Assembly: GCA_963761125.1 (NCBI GenBank)
Contig: CAVXFV010000013.1
Coordinates: forward strand, 24,748-88,747
Direction: 5' to 3'
DNA from: Candidatus Latescibacterota bacterium
GTDB lineage: Bacteria > Krumholzibacteriota > Krumholzibacteriia > WVZY01 > JAKEHA01
Length of the DNA stretch: 64,000 nucleotides
The notes under the pieces were generated by a model. The model was not told where the DNA came from and made no database searches. It saw only the letters and a list, made by a program, of their open reading frames with translations. Positions within the stretch are counted from its first letter, which is position 1. The number at the start of each line of letters is the position of its first letter. Of this stretch, positions 10,629-21,253 are shown piece after piece. The position numbers and the translations under genes are program-made.

Positions 10629-11978
10629 ATGACGCACCGAAAAGCCACCCCCCTTGCCCTCGCGTTGACGGCGCTGGTTCTCTATGCGGGCCGCGATGTC
10701 TTCGTCCGGCCGGTAATGAGCCATATTGGGGCAATCGACCCCGAGATCGCCGGCTGGGTGGCCCCGGGCCAACCGGTTCCGGCAGGCGGAGTCGGCGTCT
10801 ACAAGGCGCCGCCGGCGCCCGCTCGCGAACCCGTCCGCGGGACCATCGGCCGAAACAGTTCGCTCTACGTGGAACTGCGCCGCCTCGGGGTCAGCGCATT
10901 CGACATCGATCAGCTCACGCGCGATACGCGCCGGACCTTCGACTGGCGCCGCGTGCGGCCGGGACAGAATTTTGACCTGTACCCGGCGGCCGACGGTGGC
11001 GTGGACTCGCTTCTCCTTTATACGGGGATCGCCGACTACGTCCGGGTGTGCCACAACGAAGACGGTTACGCGGCCGCGCTCGCGCAGATTCCGTACGAGG
11101 TGACCTATCACGTCACCCACGGGACCATCAGCAACTCGGTGTACGCGTCGCTGCAGGATCAGGGCGCGGAAACGGAACTCGCCAGTTCGCTGGACGAGAT
11201 CTTCGGCTGGACGATCGATCTCGCCAAGGACCTGCGCGAGGGCGACGAATACGTCCTGCTCTACGAAACGCGCGAATATGATACCGGCTATTCCGCGGTC
11301 GGCAACGTGCTCGCCGCGCGGATCGTCAACTCCGGGCGCGAATACGACGCCGTCCGCTTCAAGTCGGGCAGCACGCAGGTCGCGTACTACGACCTGGACG
11401 GCAAGTCGCTGCAGAAATCGATGCGCCGGGCGCCGCTCAAGTTCACGCACATCTCGTCGAGCTTCAGCCACCGCCGCTTCCATCCGATCCAGCACGTGTA
11501 CAAGCCGCACTACGGCACCGACTACGCCGCGCCGACGGGAACGCCGATCTACGCCACCGGCGACGGTGTCATCGTGGCGGCGCAGTACACCAGCGGCAAC
11601 GGCAACTACGTCAAGATCCACCACAACCGCGAGATCGAAACGTACTACCTGCACATGTCGGGCTTCGCGAAGGGGATCCGTCGCGGGGTGCGCGTGACCG
11701 AAGGCCAGTTGATCGGCTACGTGGGCATGACGGGCTGGGCGACGGCGCCGCACGTCTGCTATCGCGTCACCAGGAACGGTGTGTGGGTCAACTCGCGGTC
11801 GCTGCAACTTCCGGCGATGGAACCGGTCGGGCCCGCCCAGATCGCCCGCTTCGACGCGGTCCGTGACGCGTACATGAGCCGCATCCACGAGGCGTTGATG
11901 AACGGGCTCGACAACCGCACGACCGTCGTCCAGGCACCCGACGCGGCGACGCCGCTCCTGCGCGCCAGCGTTTTCTAA
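10629..11978 (+). CDS. M23 family metallopeptidase (murein DD-endopeptidase-like), N-terminal membrane anchor
   Basis: Intact 449-aa ORF with ..HRRFHPIQHVYKPHYGTDYAAPTGTPIYATGDGVIVAA..GNYVKIHHN..ETYYLHMSGF..GQLIGYVGMTGWATAPHVCY. Confidence 0.9.
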   Translation: MTHRKATPLALALTALVLYAGRDVFVRPVMSHIGAIDPEIAGWVAPGQPVPAGGVGVYKAPPAPAREPVRGTIGRNSSLYVELRRLGVSAFDIDQLTRDTRRTFDWRRVRPGQNFDLYPAADGGVDSLLLYTGIADYVRVCHNEDGYAAALAQIPYEVTYHVTHGTISNSVYASLQDQGAETELASSLDEIFGWTIDLAKDLREGDEYVLLYETREYDTGYSAVGNVLAARIVNSGREYDAVRFKSGSTQVAYYDLDGKSLQKSMRRAPLKFTHISSSFSHRRFHPIQHVYKPHYGTDYAAPTGTPIYATGDGVIVAAQYTSGNGNYVKIHHNREIETYYLHMSGFAKGIRRGVRVTEGQLIGYVGMTGWATAPHVCYRVTRNGVWVNSRSLQLPAMEPVGPAQIARFDAVRDAYMSRIHEALMNGLDNRTTVVQAPDAATPLLRASVF

Positions 11979-11982
11979 TCCA

Positions 11983-13028
11983 CTATTCGATGATGACCGC
12001 GACGTCGTCGCGCGCGACGCACTCGCCTACGATCGCGGCCTGAGGATGGTTCGCGCGAAGTTCCGCGAGGAGTGCGTCGGTCTCCTCGGGCGGAACCGCG
12101 ATCAAGAGCCCGCCCGACGTCTGCGCGTCGAACATGAGCGCCGTCGGGGTCTCCCCCACCGTCGGCGCGATGCGGACCGCACCCTCGAGGAACTTGCGTG
12201 TGTTCTTACCGCCACCGGTGAGGTAGCCCTGCGACGCGGCCTCGGCGGCGCCATCGATCAACGGGACATCGGCCGCGCGCAGCACGATCGACACGCCGCT
12301 CGCCTCTGCCATCTCGCGGGCGTGGCCGGCGAGCCCGTAGCCGGTGATGTCCGTGCACGCGTGGGCGTGGTGACGGAGCATCGCTTCCGACGCGTCGCGA
12401 TTCAGCAGGGTCATGACGTCGACCAGGCGCTTCGTGCGCTCCGCCGACAACGCACCGGCCTTGAGCGCGGTCGCGAGCACACCGGTGCCGATGGGCTTGG
12501 TCAGCACGAGACGGTCCCCCGCGCGCGCCGGCGTTACGCACCACGCGGCGCGGATCGATCATGCCAACGACGGCGAGGCCATACTTCACCTCGGGATCGT
12601 TGACGGTGTGACCGCCCACGATCGACACGCCCGCCGCGCGCGCGACGTCGGCGCCGCCGCGAATGATTTCGCGCAGTACGTCGGCCGGCAACTTCGTCTC
12701 CGGAAACGCCGCGATGTTGAGCGCCACCACCGGCCGGCCGCCCATCGCGTAGATGTCGGAGATCGAATTGGTCGCCGCGACGCGGCCGTAGTCGTAGGCG
12801 TCGTCCACGATGGGGGTAAAGAAGTCCACCGTCAGGACCATCGCCAGTTCGTCCGACAGGCCATACACCCCGGCGTCGTCGCTGCCGGCGTGACCCACGA
12901 GCACGTTGGGGTCGACCGGCGCGGGGAGCTTCGAGAGTGACTCACGCAGTCCCGCTGCGCTGATTTGGAGGCTCAACCGGCGCATGCCGCGAACTGGTGA
13001 GTCTGAACAGACGGTCCTTGTCGGTCAT
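11983..13028 (-). pseudogene. selD: Selenide, water dikinase SelD; probable Sec (UGA) at 12975..12973; three frame changes as assembled
   Basis: ORF 12206..12985 carries ISAAGLRESL..DPNVLVGHAGSDDAGVY..VDFFTPIVDDAYDYGRVAATNSISDIYAMGGRPVVALNI..GGHTVNDPEVKYGLAVVG. ORF 11983..12507 carries LTKPIGTGVLATALK..TDITGYGLAGHAREM..DAQTSGGLLIAV. The N-terminus MTDKDRLFRLT starts at 13028. Confidence 0.85.
12944..12960 (-). promoter_or_regulatory. Candidate bacterial SECIS-like hairpin downstream of the selD UGA
   Basis: The RNA reads GCGCAG-CGGGA-CUGCGU: a 6-bp stem including one G-U pair, with a G-rich 5-nt loop. It starts 12 nt (13 if the homopolymer is repaired) after UGA at 12975..12973. Confidence 0.35.
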
Positions 13029-13057
13029 GGGTCATCACCTCCGTTCACGCGGGGAAG

Positions 13058-15738
13058 TTAGCGCTTCTGTGACTGCGTCCAGCGGGTGACGACCTTCAGC
13101 GGTGGTTCGACTTGACCGCCGACGCGTACCGCAATCAGGACCCGGCGATGATCACCGGTGATCGCCCACGGCGTTCTCGGACCCACGCGGAACAGCCGAT
13201 GCGGCTTCCCCCGTGCGGAATTCGGCCTGCGACTGCACATCCGCGGCCATCAGATTTCCGTTGGTATCGAGATAGACGATTTCACGGCCGTCGTTGCTCC
13301 AATGGGGGGTGACTCCACCATCGGTGGAAACCTGCCACTGACCGCCGGGCCCGGGGTAAGGCCGGACGTAAACCTCGTCCCGCCCCGACTCGCTCGACCC
13401 GTAAGCGATACAGTGCGCATCGGGGAGAAAAGCACCCCCTGCTCGCCAGTGAGCCCGCCACGGTGTGCAGGGTTTGCACGCGCGCGTGCCGACATGAGGC
13501 ACCCCGGGGAATCCGACGCCGTTGCCAGCAACATCAGGGCACCGTCGCGTGACCAGTCGAGGAGGGTCCAGTCCTCGGCGGGCGGCGAAATGCGCTCAAC
13601 CGGCTTGCTCTGGTCGACGGGGCCGGTGAACACGTGATACGGCCCGCCGACATCCGAAATATAAGCGAGGCCGCGCCCGTCCGCCGAGATCGCCGGATCG
13701 GCTTCATCCGCCGGATCGCGGGTAAAACGCGTCGAGAGGCCGCGACTGAAGTCCATCACCCAGATATCGTTGCTTCCGGTGGCGGCGTCATTGACCGACA
13801 AGACCCCACACGCAGCATGCCGTGCGATCGCTAATCTCTGATAACTCATCCGCTCGCCAACGGAGTCCGTGGGCACACCGGTTCGATCGAACCACACCAG
13901 CCTCGTGCTGGACACCGGATTGTTCTGGCGCAACGTGAGCGTCCCGGTGGGAGGATGCATGAACGCCAACCCGGTCGACGAATCCCAATCGATGCGATCG
14001 CCGGTTGCGACGGGCGTGCCGAGCGTGAGCGACTCGAGGTGGAGCGGCGCGCGCATCAGCATGCGCTCGCGTGCGAAAAAAAGGTCGCCGGCGACGAACC
14101 ACGCGCTGGACGGCGCGGTACTGATGCGCCGCGTCTCGCGATTGCGGGTCGATCCGACGTAGATACCGCCGACCGAATCGCGCAGCACGGCACTGTTCGT
14201 CCACAGGAGAAACACGAAGTGCTCGCCGTCGGGCAGGAACATCGGCCAGCGGTGGGACACATCCGGAATCGTGGTCTAGGGGACCGTCACCTGCACCGGC
14301 GTTCCACCTTCCTCCGGAATTTCGAAGAGCCCGGAGTTGGGCGAGGGCGCGTACAGGATGGTCCCGTCGGCACCCCAGGACGCACCGCGCGGGTCGGCGG
14401 CGTTTGCGGCCACGGCCACGGGGGCCGCGCCGCTCAAGGCGAGCGTCTGGAAACTGCACCCCGCAAAGAATCCCACCGATTGCCCGTCGGGCGACCAGAA
14501 AGGACATCGCGAATCCTCGCTTCCCGACACCGCCCGCGATTCGATGTTGTCCAGATCGCGAATCAACAGCCGACGGATTCCGTCCGAGTCGACAACGCCG
14601 AACACCACACGCCGCCCGTCCGGAGACACCACCGGTGGCGCGAGTTGAACGCCGTCCTCTTCGATCGTAAACCGAAAACGCGCGCCTGGCGGCGGCGCCA
14701 GCGTGAACGCAATCGGGTCCGGAGCCGGCGGCGCGGTGCGGCGGCGATGACCGGCGGCAAAACCCGCCAGCGCGCCCGTCAGCGCGACCGCACCGATGAT
14801 CGCAATCAACCGCGCGCGGAATATACCGCCAGGCAGCGCCAAATTTCGCCACGTCGCCCGCCGGATGCTGGGCGATCCGCCGCAGGTCGCGCCGCAGGTC
14901 ACCCGCGTTTTGCCAGCGCTCGTCGGGATCCTTGGCGAGACAGTCGCGATCAGTCGATCGAGCGGCGGACTCGCGGCTGCTGGTCGAGGGCGGTATCGGA
15001 TCGGCGTCCATGATCGCGCCGATCAGCGACGCCTGGCTCGGCCCTCGAACGCGCGCCGCCCGGTCGCCATCTCGTAGAGCACGCAGCCCAGCGCCCAGAT
15101 GTCGCTGCGCGCGTCGGCCTCGCTGCCCTCGAGCTGCTCGGGCGCCATGTACTGGAAGGTCCCGACGATCGTGCCCTCGGCGGTCAGCGGCTGCGCGACG
15201 GTCGGCGACTGCGTGAGCGCGGCCATGCGTCGACGCCGCTGCCGCGCCGGGCCGGCCAGGCCGGTCGGCGCGGGCCAGGCCGAAGTCCATGAGCTTGGCG
15301 CCCGGACCGGGTGAGCATCACGTTGCCGGGCTTGAGGTCGCGGTGGACGACGCCGGCGCGATGCGCGCGGTCGAGGGCGTCGGCGATCTGCGCACCGATC
15401 GCGCAGCAGCTCAGCGAGCGGCAGCGGACCCTTGCGCGAGACGCTCGGCCAGCGTCTCGCCCTCGATCAGCTCCATCACCAGGTAGTCGGTGTCGCCCTC
15501 GCGGCCGACGTCGAAGAGCGTGCAGATGTTCGGGTGGTTGAGGCTCGAGACCGTCTTCGCCTCGCGCTCGAAGCGCGCACGCACCTCGGCGTCGCCGAGA
15601 GGTGCTGCGGCAGCACCTTGACCGCCACTTCGCGGCCGAGGCGCGTGTCCTGGCGCGGTACACCTCGCCCATGCCGCCTGCGCCGAGCGGGGCGAGGATC
15701 TCGTAGGGACCGAGGCGGGTTCCGGGCGTGAGATTCAT
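13058..15738 (-). pseudogene. Ser/Thr protein kinase - TM - TolB-like beta-propeller protein (STK1), multiply disrupted as assembled
   Basis: [30 protein letters not shown] (ORF 15184..15738); [35 protein letters not shown] (15023..15226); TM segment IIGAVALTGALAGFAAG. Propeller repeats SPDGRRVVF, WSPDGQSVGF, FLPDGEHFVF, ISADGRGLAY (14276..14902, 13250..14260, 13152..13502). Ends ..VVTRWTQSQKR. There are several frame changes plus an in-frame TAG at 14276-14278. Confidence 0.85.
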
Positions 15739-15749
15739 AGGAAGCGGTG

Positions 15750-15778
15750 AGACTAACCGATGGGGGCGCGCCTGTCCA
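15750..15778 (-). promoter_or_regulatory. Candidate promoter of STK1 (TGGACA-N17-TAGTCT)
   Basis: Minus strand reads TGGACA (15778..15773), a 17-nt spacer containing CCATCGG, then TAGTCT (15755..15750), 11 nt before ATG 15738. The same architecture occurs upstream of STK5 and STK7. Confidence 0.35.
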
Positions 15779-15826
15779 CGATCGCGCGCGCGGACGGCGA
15801 GCTCGACCTGCGCCGGGGCGCGACGA

Positions 15827-18534
15827 CTACTCGCCGGGGATCGCGGCGGTCCAGTTGGTCACGACGGCGAGGGGCTCGCCTTCGTCGCCGCCCAGCGCGT
15901 TGACGACGAAGTGTTCGCCGTCCGGCGTCACGCCCAGCGTCTGGTTGATGATGCGTTGGAATGCCTGGAAGAGCGGCCTTTCACTCACCACGTGGAATTC
16001 CGGTCGCGAGCCGTCCACGGTGACGGCCATGATCATGCCGTCGGGGCGGTCGGAGTAGTAGTTCTTTTCCGTCACTGCGCCAGCGCGGACGATCGCCGCC
16101 GTTATCCGACACCTGCCAGCGCGCGGGCAGCCCGTCGCCGCTCGCGGGCAGCGGCGAAACGTACACTTCAAGCCGGCCCGACACAGTCGCGGCGAAGGCG
16201 AGCCATTTGGCGTCCGGAGAAAAGCTCGCACCTGCGAAACCGTCCGATGCGGGAATGAGCTTGCGGGGCGGGCCGTTTCCCGCGACCGGCGCCATCCACA
16301 GTTCGCCGTGCGGTGTGCCCGATGCGACGCCTTTTCCGCACGCCATCCACACGCCGTCCGCGGAGGTTGCGACGGGCCAGACGTCCTCTTTCGGATCCTC
16401 GAGCCATTGCGTCTCGGTCCCGGACCCGTCGGCCCGCGTGATGAACAGCCGGTAGCGCTCGTCCCGCCGGCCGGCGTAGGCCACGCGCTTTCCGTCGGCC
16501 AGCCAGACGGGAAGGTTTCGTCGTCGGGATTGGTGGTGATGCGCGATCGCGTCCCCGTGACCACGTCGATGCTCCAAATACCGCCAGCGGCAACTGCTGC
16601 CACTCGTACGCGACACGGCGGCCGTCGTGCGAGAGATCGATGTTGAGAATGTTGCCGAGCCCGGTCAGCGTCTTGATACGCGCGCCCGAGCGATCGAACC
16701 AGATGAGCCGATTGGTGCCCGCGCGTCCCCCGAGTCCGTAGACCAGAATCCCGTTGTCCGATGCCGTGATGGTGGCGTTCCAGGTCGACCGATCGATCTG
16801 AACGGTTTCGCGCGTGACGCGCGGCGCGCCGGAGATCTTGCCGCTCGCAGGGTCGAACGCCTGCGCCATCAGCGTGCTGTCGCGAACGAAGAGGATGAAC
16901 CCGTTGGAGTAAATCGCGCTGCTCTTGCACGAGAACAAGCGGCGCTTGTCGTGTCCGTCGAGCGACGCGTAGAAAATCGCCGAGGTGTTGCCATCCGGCG
17001 TCTTCGTGATTGGCGGACAGATAGAGAAAGTGCTTTCCGTCGGGCAGGAAGTAACGGAAACCGTTGCGTGGTCTCGAACGTGGAGTCGAGTTTCGTGACT
17101 TCATGGCGCGGACCGCCGGACGCCGGAACCTGATAGAGACCGCTGGTGAACGTCGGCGTGTACAGAATCACCCCGTCGCGCGACCACGTGCCGCCGCGCG
17201 ACGCATCGATCGAATCCGTGACGGTCGTCACCGAGCCCTGGGCGAGGTCGATGCGTTTGATCCGGGCCGGACTGAAGAACCCGATCGAGCGACTGTCCGG
17301 CGACCAGAACGGGTAGCTCGCCTCTTCGGTGCCGGGAAGCGGATGCGCGACCAGCTCGTCGAGCCGGCGCAGCCAGAGTCGCTTGCCGGCGCCACCACCG
17401 AGGGCGGAAAACACCAGCATCGTACCGTCCGGGAAATCGCCGGCGGGCCGGAATCGTCGCCGGTGATTTCCAGACGCGTCCCGGGCGCCGCACCGATCGT
17501 CGTGCGCGTCACGCGATCGTCGTGGCGGGTGTTCATCACGAGACCGCGCCCCAGCAGGCCGGCGACCAGCGCGAGCACGACGGCGATCACCCAGCCGAGG
17601 CGTTCGCGCCCCCGGCGACGGCGCGCGACGACTTTCGGCACTCCCGCCGGCGACCCGCCCTCGGCGATCCACGCCAGTTGCAATTTGACGTCGTGCGCGC
17701 TCTGCAAACGATCCTCGGGATCCTTGTGCAGGCACGCGCCGCACGAGCCGGTCCAACGCGGGCGGCGTCATCGGCTGCGACCTGCAGATCGGCGCGGGCT
17801 CTGTCCTCATGATCGACGTGATCAACGACGCCTGGCTCTTGCCGCTCGAACGCGCGGCTTGCCCGTCGCCATCTCGTAGAGCACGCAGCCCAGCGCCCAG
17901 ATGTCGCTGCGCGCGTCGGCCTCCTTGCCTTCCAGCTGCTCGGGCGACATGTACTGGAACGTCCCGACGATCGTCCCTTCCGCGGTCAGGGATGCGCGAC
18001 GGTCGGCGACTGCGTCACGCGTCGGTGCGACGCGCCGGCTGCCCGCCGACCCGGACACCCGCCGCCCGCGCGAGGCCGAAGTCCATGAGCTTCGCGCCGT
18101 CTTGGGTCAGCATGACGTTGCCCGGCTTCAGGTCGCGGTGGACGATCCCCGCGCGGTGCGCGCGGTCCAGCGCGTCGGCGATCTGGGCGCCGAGCGCAGC
18201 ACCTCGCCGAACGGGAGCGGGCCTTTCGCGAGCCGCTGAGGCGAGCGTCTCGCCGTCGATCAACTCCATCACGAGGTAATCGATCTCGCCGTCGCGACCC
18301 ACGTCGAAGAGCGTGCAGATGTGGGGATGATTCAGGCGACGAGATCGTCCTCGCCTCGCGCTCGAAGCGCGCGCGCACTTCCGGGTTCGAGGACAGGTGC
18401 GTCGGCAGCACCTTGACCGCGACGTCCCGGCCCAGCCGCGTGTCGCGCGCGCGATAGACCTCACCCATCCCCCCCGCGCCCAGGGGCGCGAGGATCTCGT
18501 AGGGACCGAGTCGCGTGCCGGGAGTGAGATTCAT
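15827..18534 (-). pseudogene. Ser/Thr protein kinase - TM - TolB-like beta-propeller protein (STK2), multiply frameshifted as assembled
   Basis: [61 protein letters not shown] (in ORF 17986..18642); [28 protein letters not shown] (18015..18464); [43 protein letters not shown] (17822..18058). Propeller pieces are in 16869..17825, 16168..16938, 15981..16616 and 15827..17104. Ends ..[12 protein letters not shown], then TAG. Confidence 0.85.
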
Positions 18535-18574
18535 GGACAACGGAAGGGAGAATACCGGGAAAACGGCGCAGGCG

Positions 18575-21253
18575 CTAGTTCCCCTTGTCGAGTAGCTGGG
18601 TCCAGCCCAACACGATCTCGAGCCGCGAGAACGACGACGCATCCTTTACGATTGCGGTGAGGAACCGTTGCGCCCCGGGTTCGGCGTCGATGAGGAGCGC
18701 GAGCGGGGCCAACTGGAACAGACGCGTCGTCGCGCCCTGGCGGAAACCGTTCGCCGTTGAAACCTTCACCGAGAAGAGTTCATTGTCGGTGGTGAGAACC
18801 AGCACCTCATCGCCGCGCTCGGACCAGCGCGCAACGGCCGGGTCCTTGATCGTCACCTGGTATTTCGCGCCCGGGTTCGGGAACGATTGCACATAGAGCG
18901 CCGGCTTCCCGTTCTCGTCCGCCCGGTAGGCGATCGCACTTTCCGTCCGGGCGAGAACGACGCCCCCTGTTCCTGGGCGGGCGTGCGCTGATAAACGTTC
19001 GACTTCCCGTCCCCCGTCATCGGAATCTTCCACAGGTCGAAGTCGCCACTGGTATCCGCGCACTGCGCCACGATCCAGCGCCCGTCCCGCGACCAGCTCG
19101 ACGCGTAGTTCAAGATCCCCGGAGCGTGGAACACGAGTGAGTCGGGACCGGTGCCGTCCGCCGCTTTGGCGTAGATCTGCCAGCCCCGCGAGGGAAACAA
19201 CCGCGAAAATACGAGCCGCTTTCCGTCGGGCGACCACAGGACGGACGTCACGTTCTTGTTCTCGAAGGTGAGACGGGTCGACACGCCGCTTTCCAGATCG
19301 ATCACGAAGAGATCGCCCGGGCTCGGGCCGGCCAGCGCGAGCCGCTTGCCGTCCGGGCTGAGCACGCCGTTGGGCTCCTGGACATCGTCCATGGCCACCC
19401 CTACGACGGCGCCGCGGCGATCTCTCCATTCCAGCCGTGCGTGCGGAGCGGTCCAGTGCTGGACCACCAGCATGCCGCGATCGTTCGCGACCGCATTCGC
19501 GTAGCCGAAGTTGTTCGCCTTGACGTCATCGAGCACGAGTTCGGCGTCGCCGGACACGCGCAGCGTCTTCGGGTCGAAACGCCGGGCGACCAGGCGCCGT
19601 AGTGGCGAGTTCACGCCGGTGTCGAGATAGATCACGTGGCCGGGAGGTGCCCAGCGCGCCGCGGATCCCCCCTTACACACTTCCACGGGCGCACCCCCGT
19701 CGATCGAGGCCGCGTAGGTGGTGACGTCGTCGCCGGCGCCGATCGCAACATAGAGAAAATGTTTTCCGTCGGGCAAGAACTGCGGATACCGATGTCCACG
19801 CTCGCCGTTGGCCGCGTCCAGTTGCGTCACGGGCGTCGGGGTGCCGCCGTTGGCGGACACGCGCACGATTCCACCCTGGTTGTTGGGCGCGAAGACGATG
19901 GCGCCGCCGGGCGACCACGCGCCACCGCGCGGGTCCTCGGCATCGCACAATGCCACCGGCGCACTCCCGTCCAGCACGACCTTGCGCAGCTTCCCATTGG
20001 AGAAGAACGCGAGCGTGCGGCCGTCGGGCGACCAGAACGGAAGCGCTCCGTTTTCGGTTCCCGGCACCAGCCGCGCGTTGGGATTGGCCAGCGGGCGGAC
20101 GTAGACGTGGTCGGTGCCGCTGCTGTCGCTGGCGACGAACGCGAGCGTGGTGCCGTCCGGAGAGATCGCCGTCTCGGCGGGAGCCGCCAGCGTCGTGCCC
20201 CGCGGCGCCTCCAGCGAAAAGCGCATCAGCGGCGTCTCGACCTCGCGGGCGCGCCCCGGCCCGAACGCATACGCGATCGCAAGGAGCGCGATCGCGGCTC
20301 CCGCGGCGATGCCGATCCATCCGCGCGATATCCGGCGACGTCGCGCGGGCAGGCCGGGCGCCGCGCTCTGTGACGAGCCCACCGAAATCCATTCGAGTTC
20401 GCGGCGCACGTCGCCGGCCGACTGCCAGCGCTCGTCGGGGTCGCGCGTGAGGCACTGTTTGACCAGACGCTCCAGCGCGGGTGGACTCATGGGGGCGAAC
20501 TGCGAGATCGGCGCGGGTTCGGAGTTCATGATCGGCGCCGATCAACGACGCCTGGCTCTTGCCCTCGAAGGCGCGCCTGCCCGTCGCCATCTCGTAGAGC
20601 ACGCACCCCAGCGCCCAGAGGTCGCTGCGCGCGTCGGCTTCCTTGCCTTCCAGTTGCTCGGGCGACATGTACTGGAAGGTCCCGACAATGGTCCCTTCCG
20701 CCGTGAGCGGCTGTGCCATTGTCGGCGACTGCGTGAGCGCTTCGAGCGACGCGCCGCTCGACGAGCCCGATCCCAGCCCGGCGGTACGCGCGAGTCCGAA
20801 GTCCATCAGCTTGGCACCCGACCTGGTCAGCATCACGTTGCCGGGTTTCAGATCGCGGTGGACGATGCCGGCCTTGTGCGCGCGGTCGAGCGCGTCGGCG
20901 ATCTGAATGCCGAGCTTGATGACCTCTTGCGCGGGCATCGCACCCTTTGTCAAACGGGCCGCCAGCGTCTCGCCGTCGATCAACTCCATGACCAGGTAGT
21001 CGGTGTCCCCGTCGCGGCCGACGTCGAAGAGCGTGCAGATGTGGGGATGATTGAGCGACGAGACCGTCTTCGCCTCGCGCTCGAAGCGCGCGCGCACTTC
21101 CGCGTTCGACGACAGGTGCGTCGGCAACACTTTGACCGCCACGTCGCGGCCCAGCCGCGTGTCGCGCGCGCGATAGACTTCGCCCATGCCGCCCGCGCCG
21201 AGCGGCGAGAGGATTTCGTAGGGACCGAGTCGCGTGCCGGGGGTGAGGTTCAT
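18575..21253 (-). pseudogene. Ser/Thr protein kinase - TM - TolB-like beta-propeller protein (STK3), two frame changes (about 20525 and about 18900)
   Basis: Full kinase domain in ORF 19673..21502, starting at [57 protein letters not shown]. The 558-aa ORF 18853..20529 carries the juxtamembrane region, TM and propeller (SPDGTTLAF, WSPDGRTLAF, FLPDGKHFLY, SPDGKRLAL, WSPDGKRLVF). The tail is in 18575..19429 and ends ..IVLGWTQLLDKGN. Confidence 0.9.
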
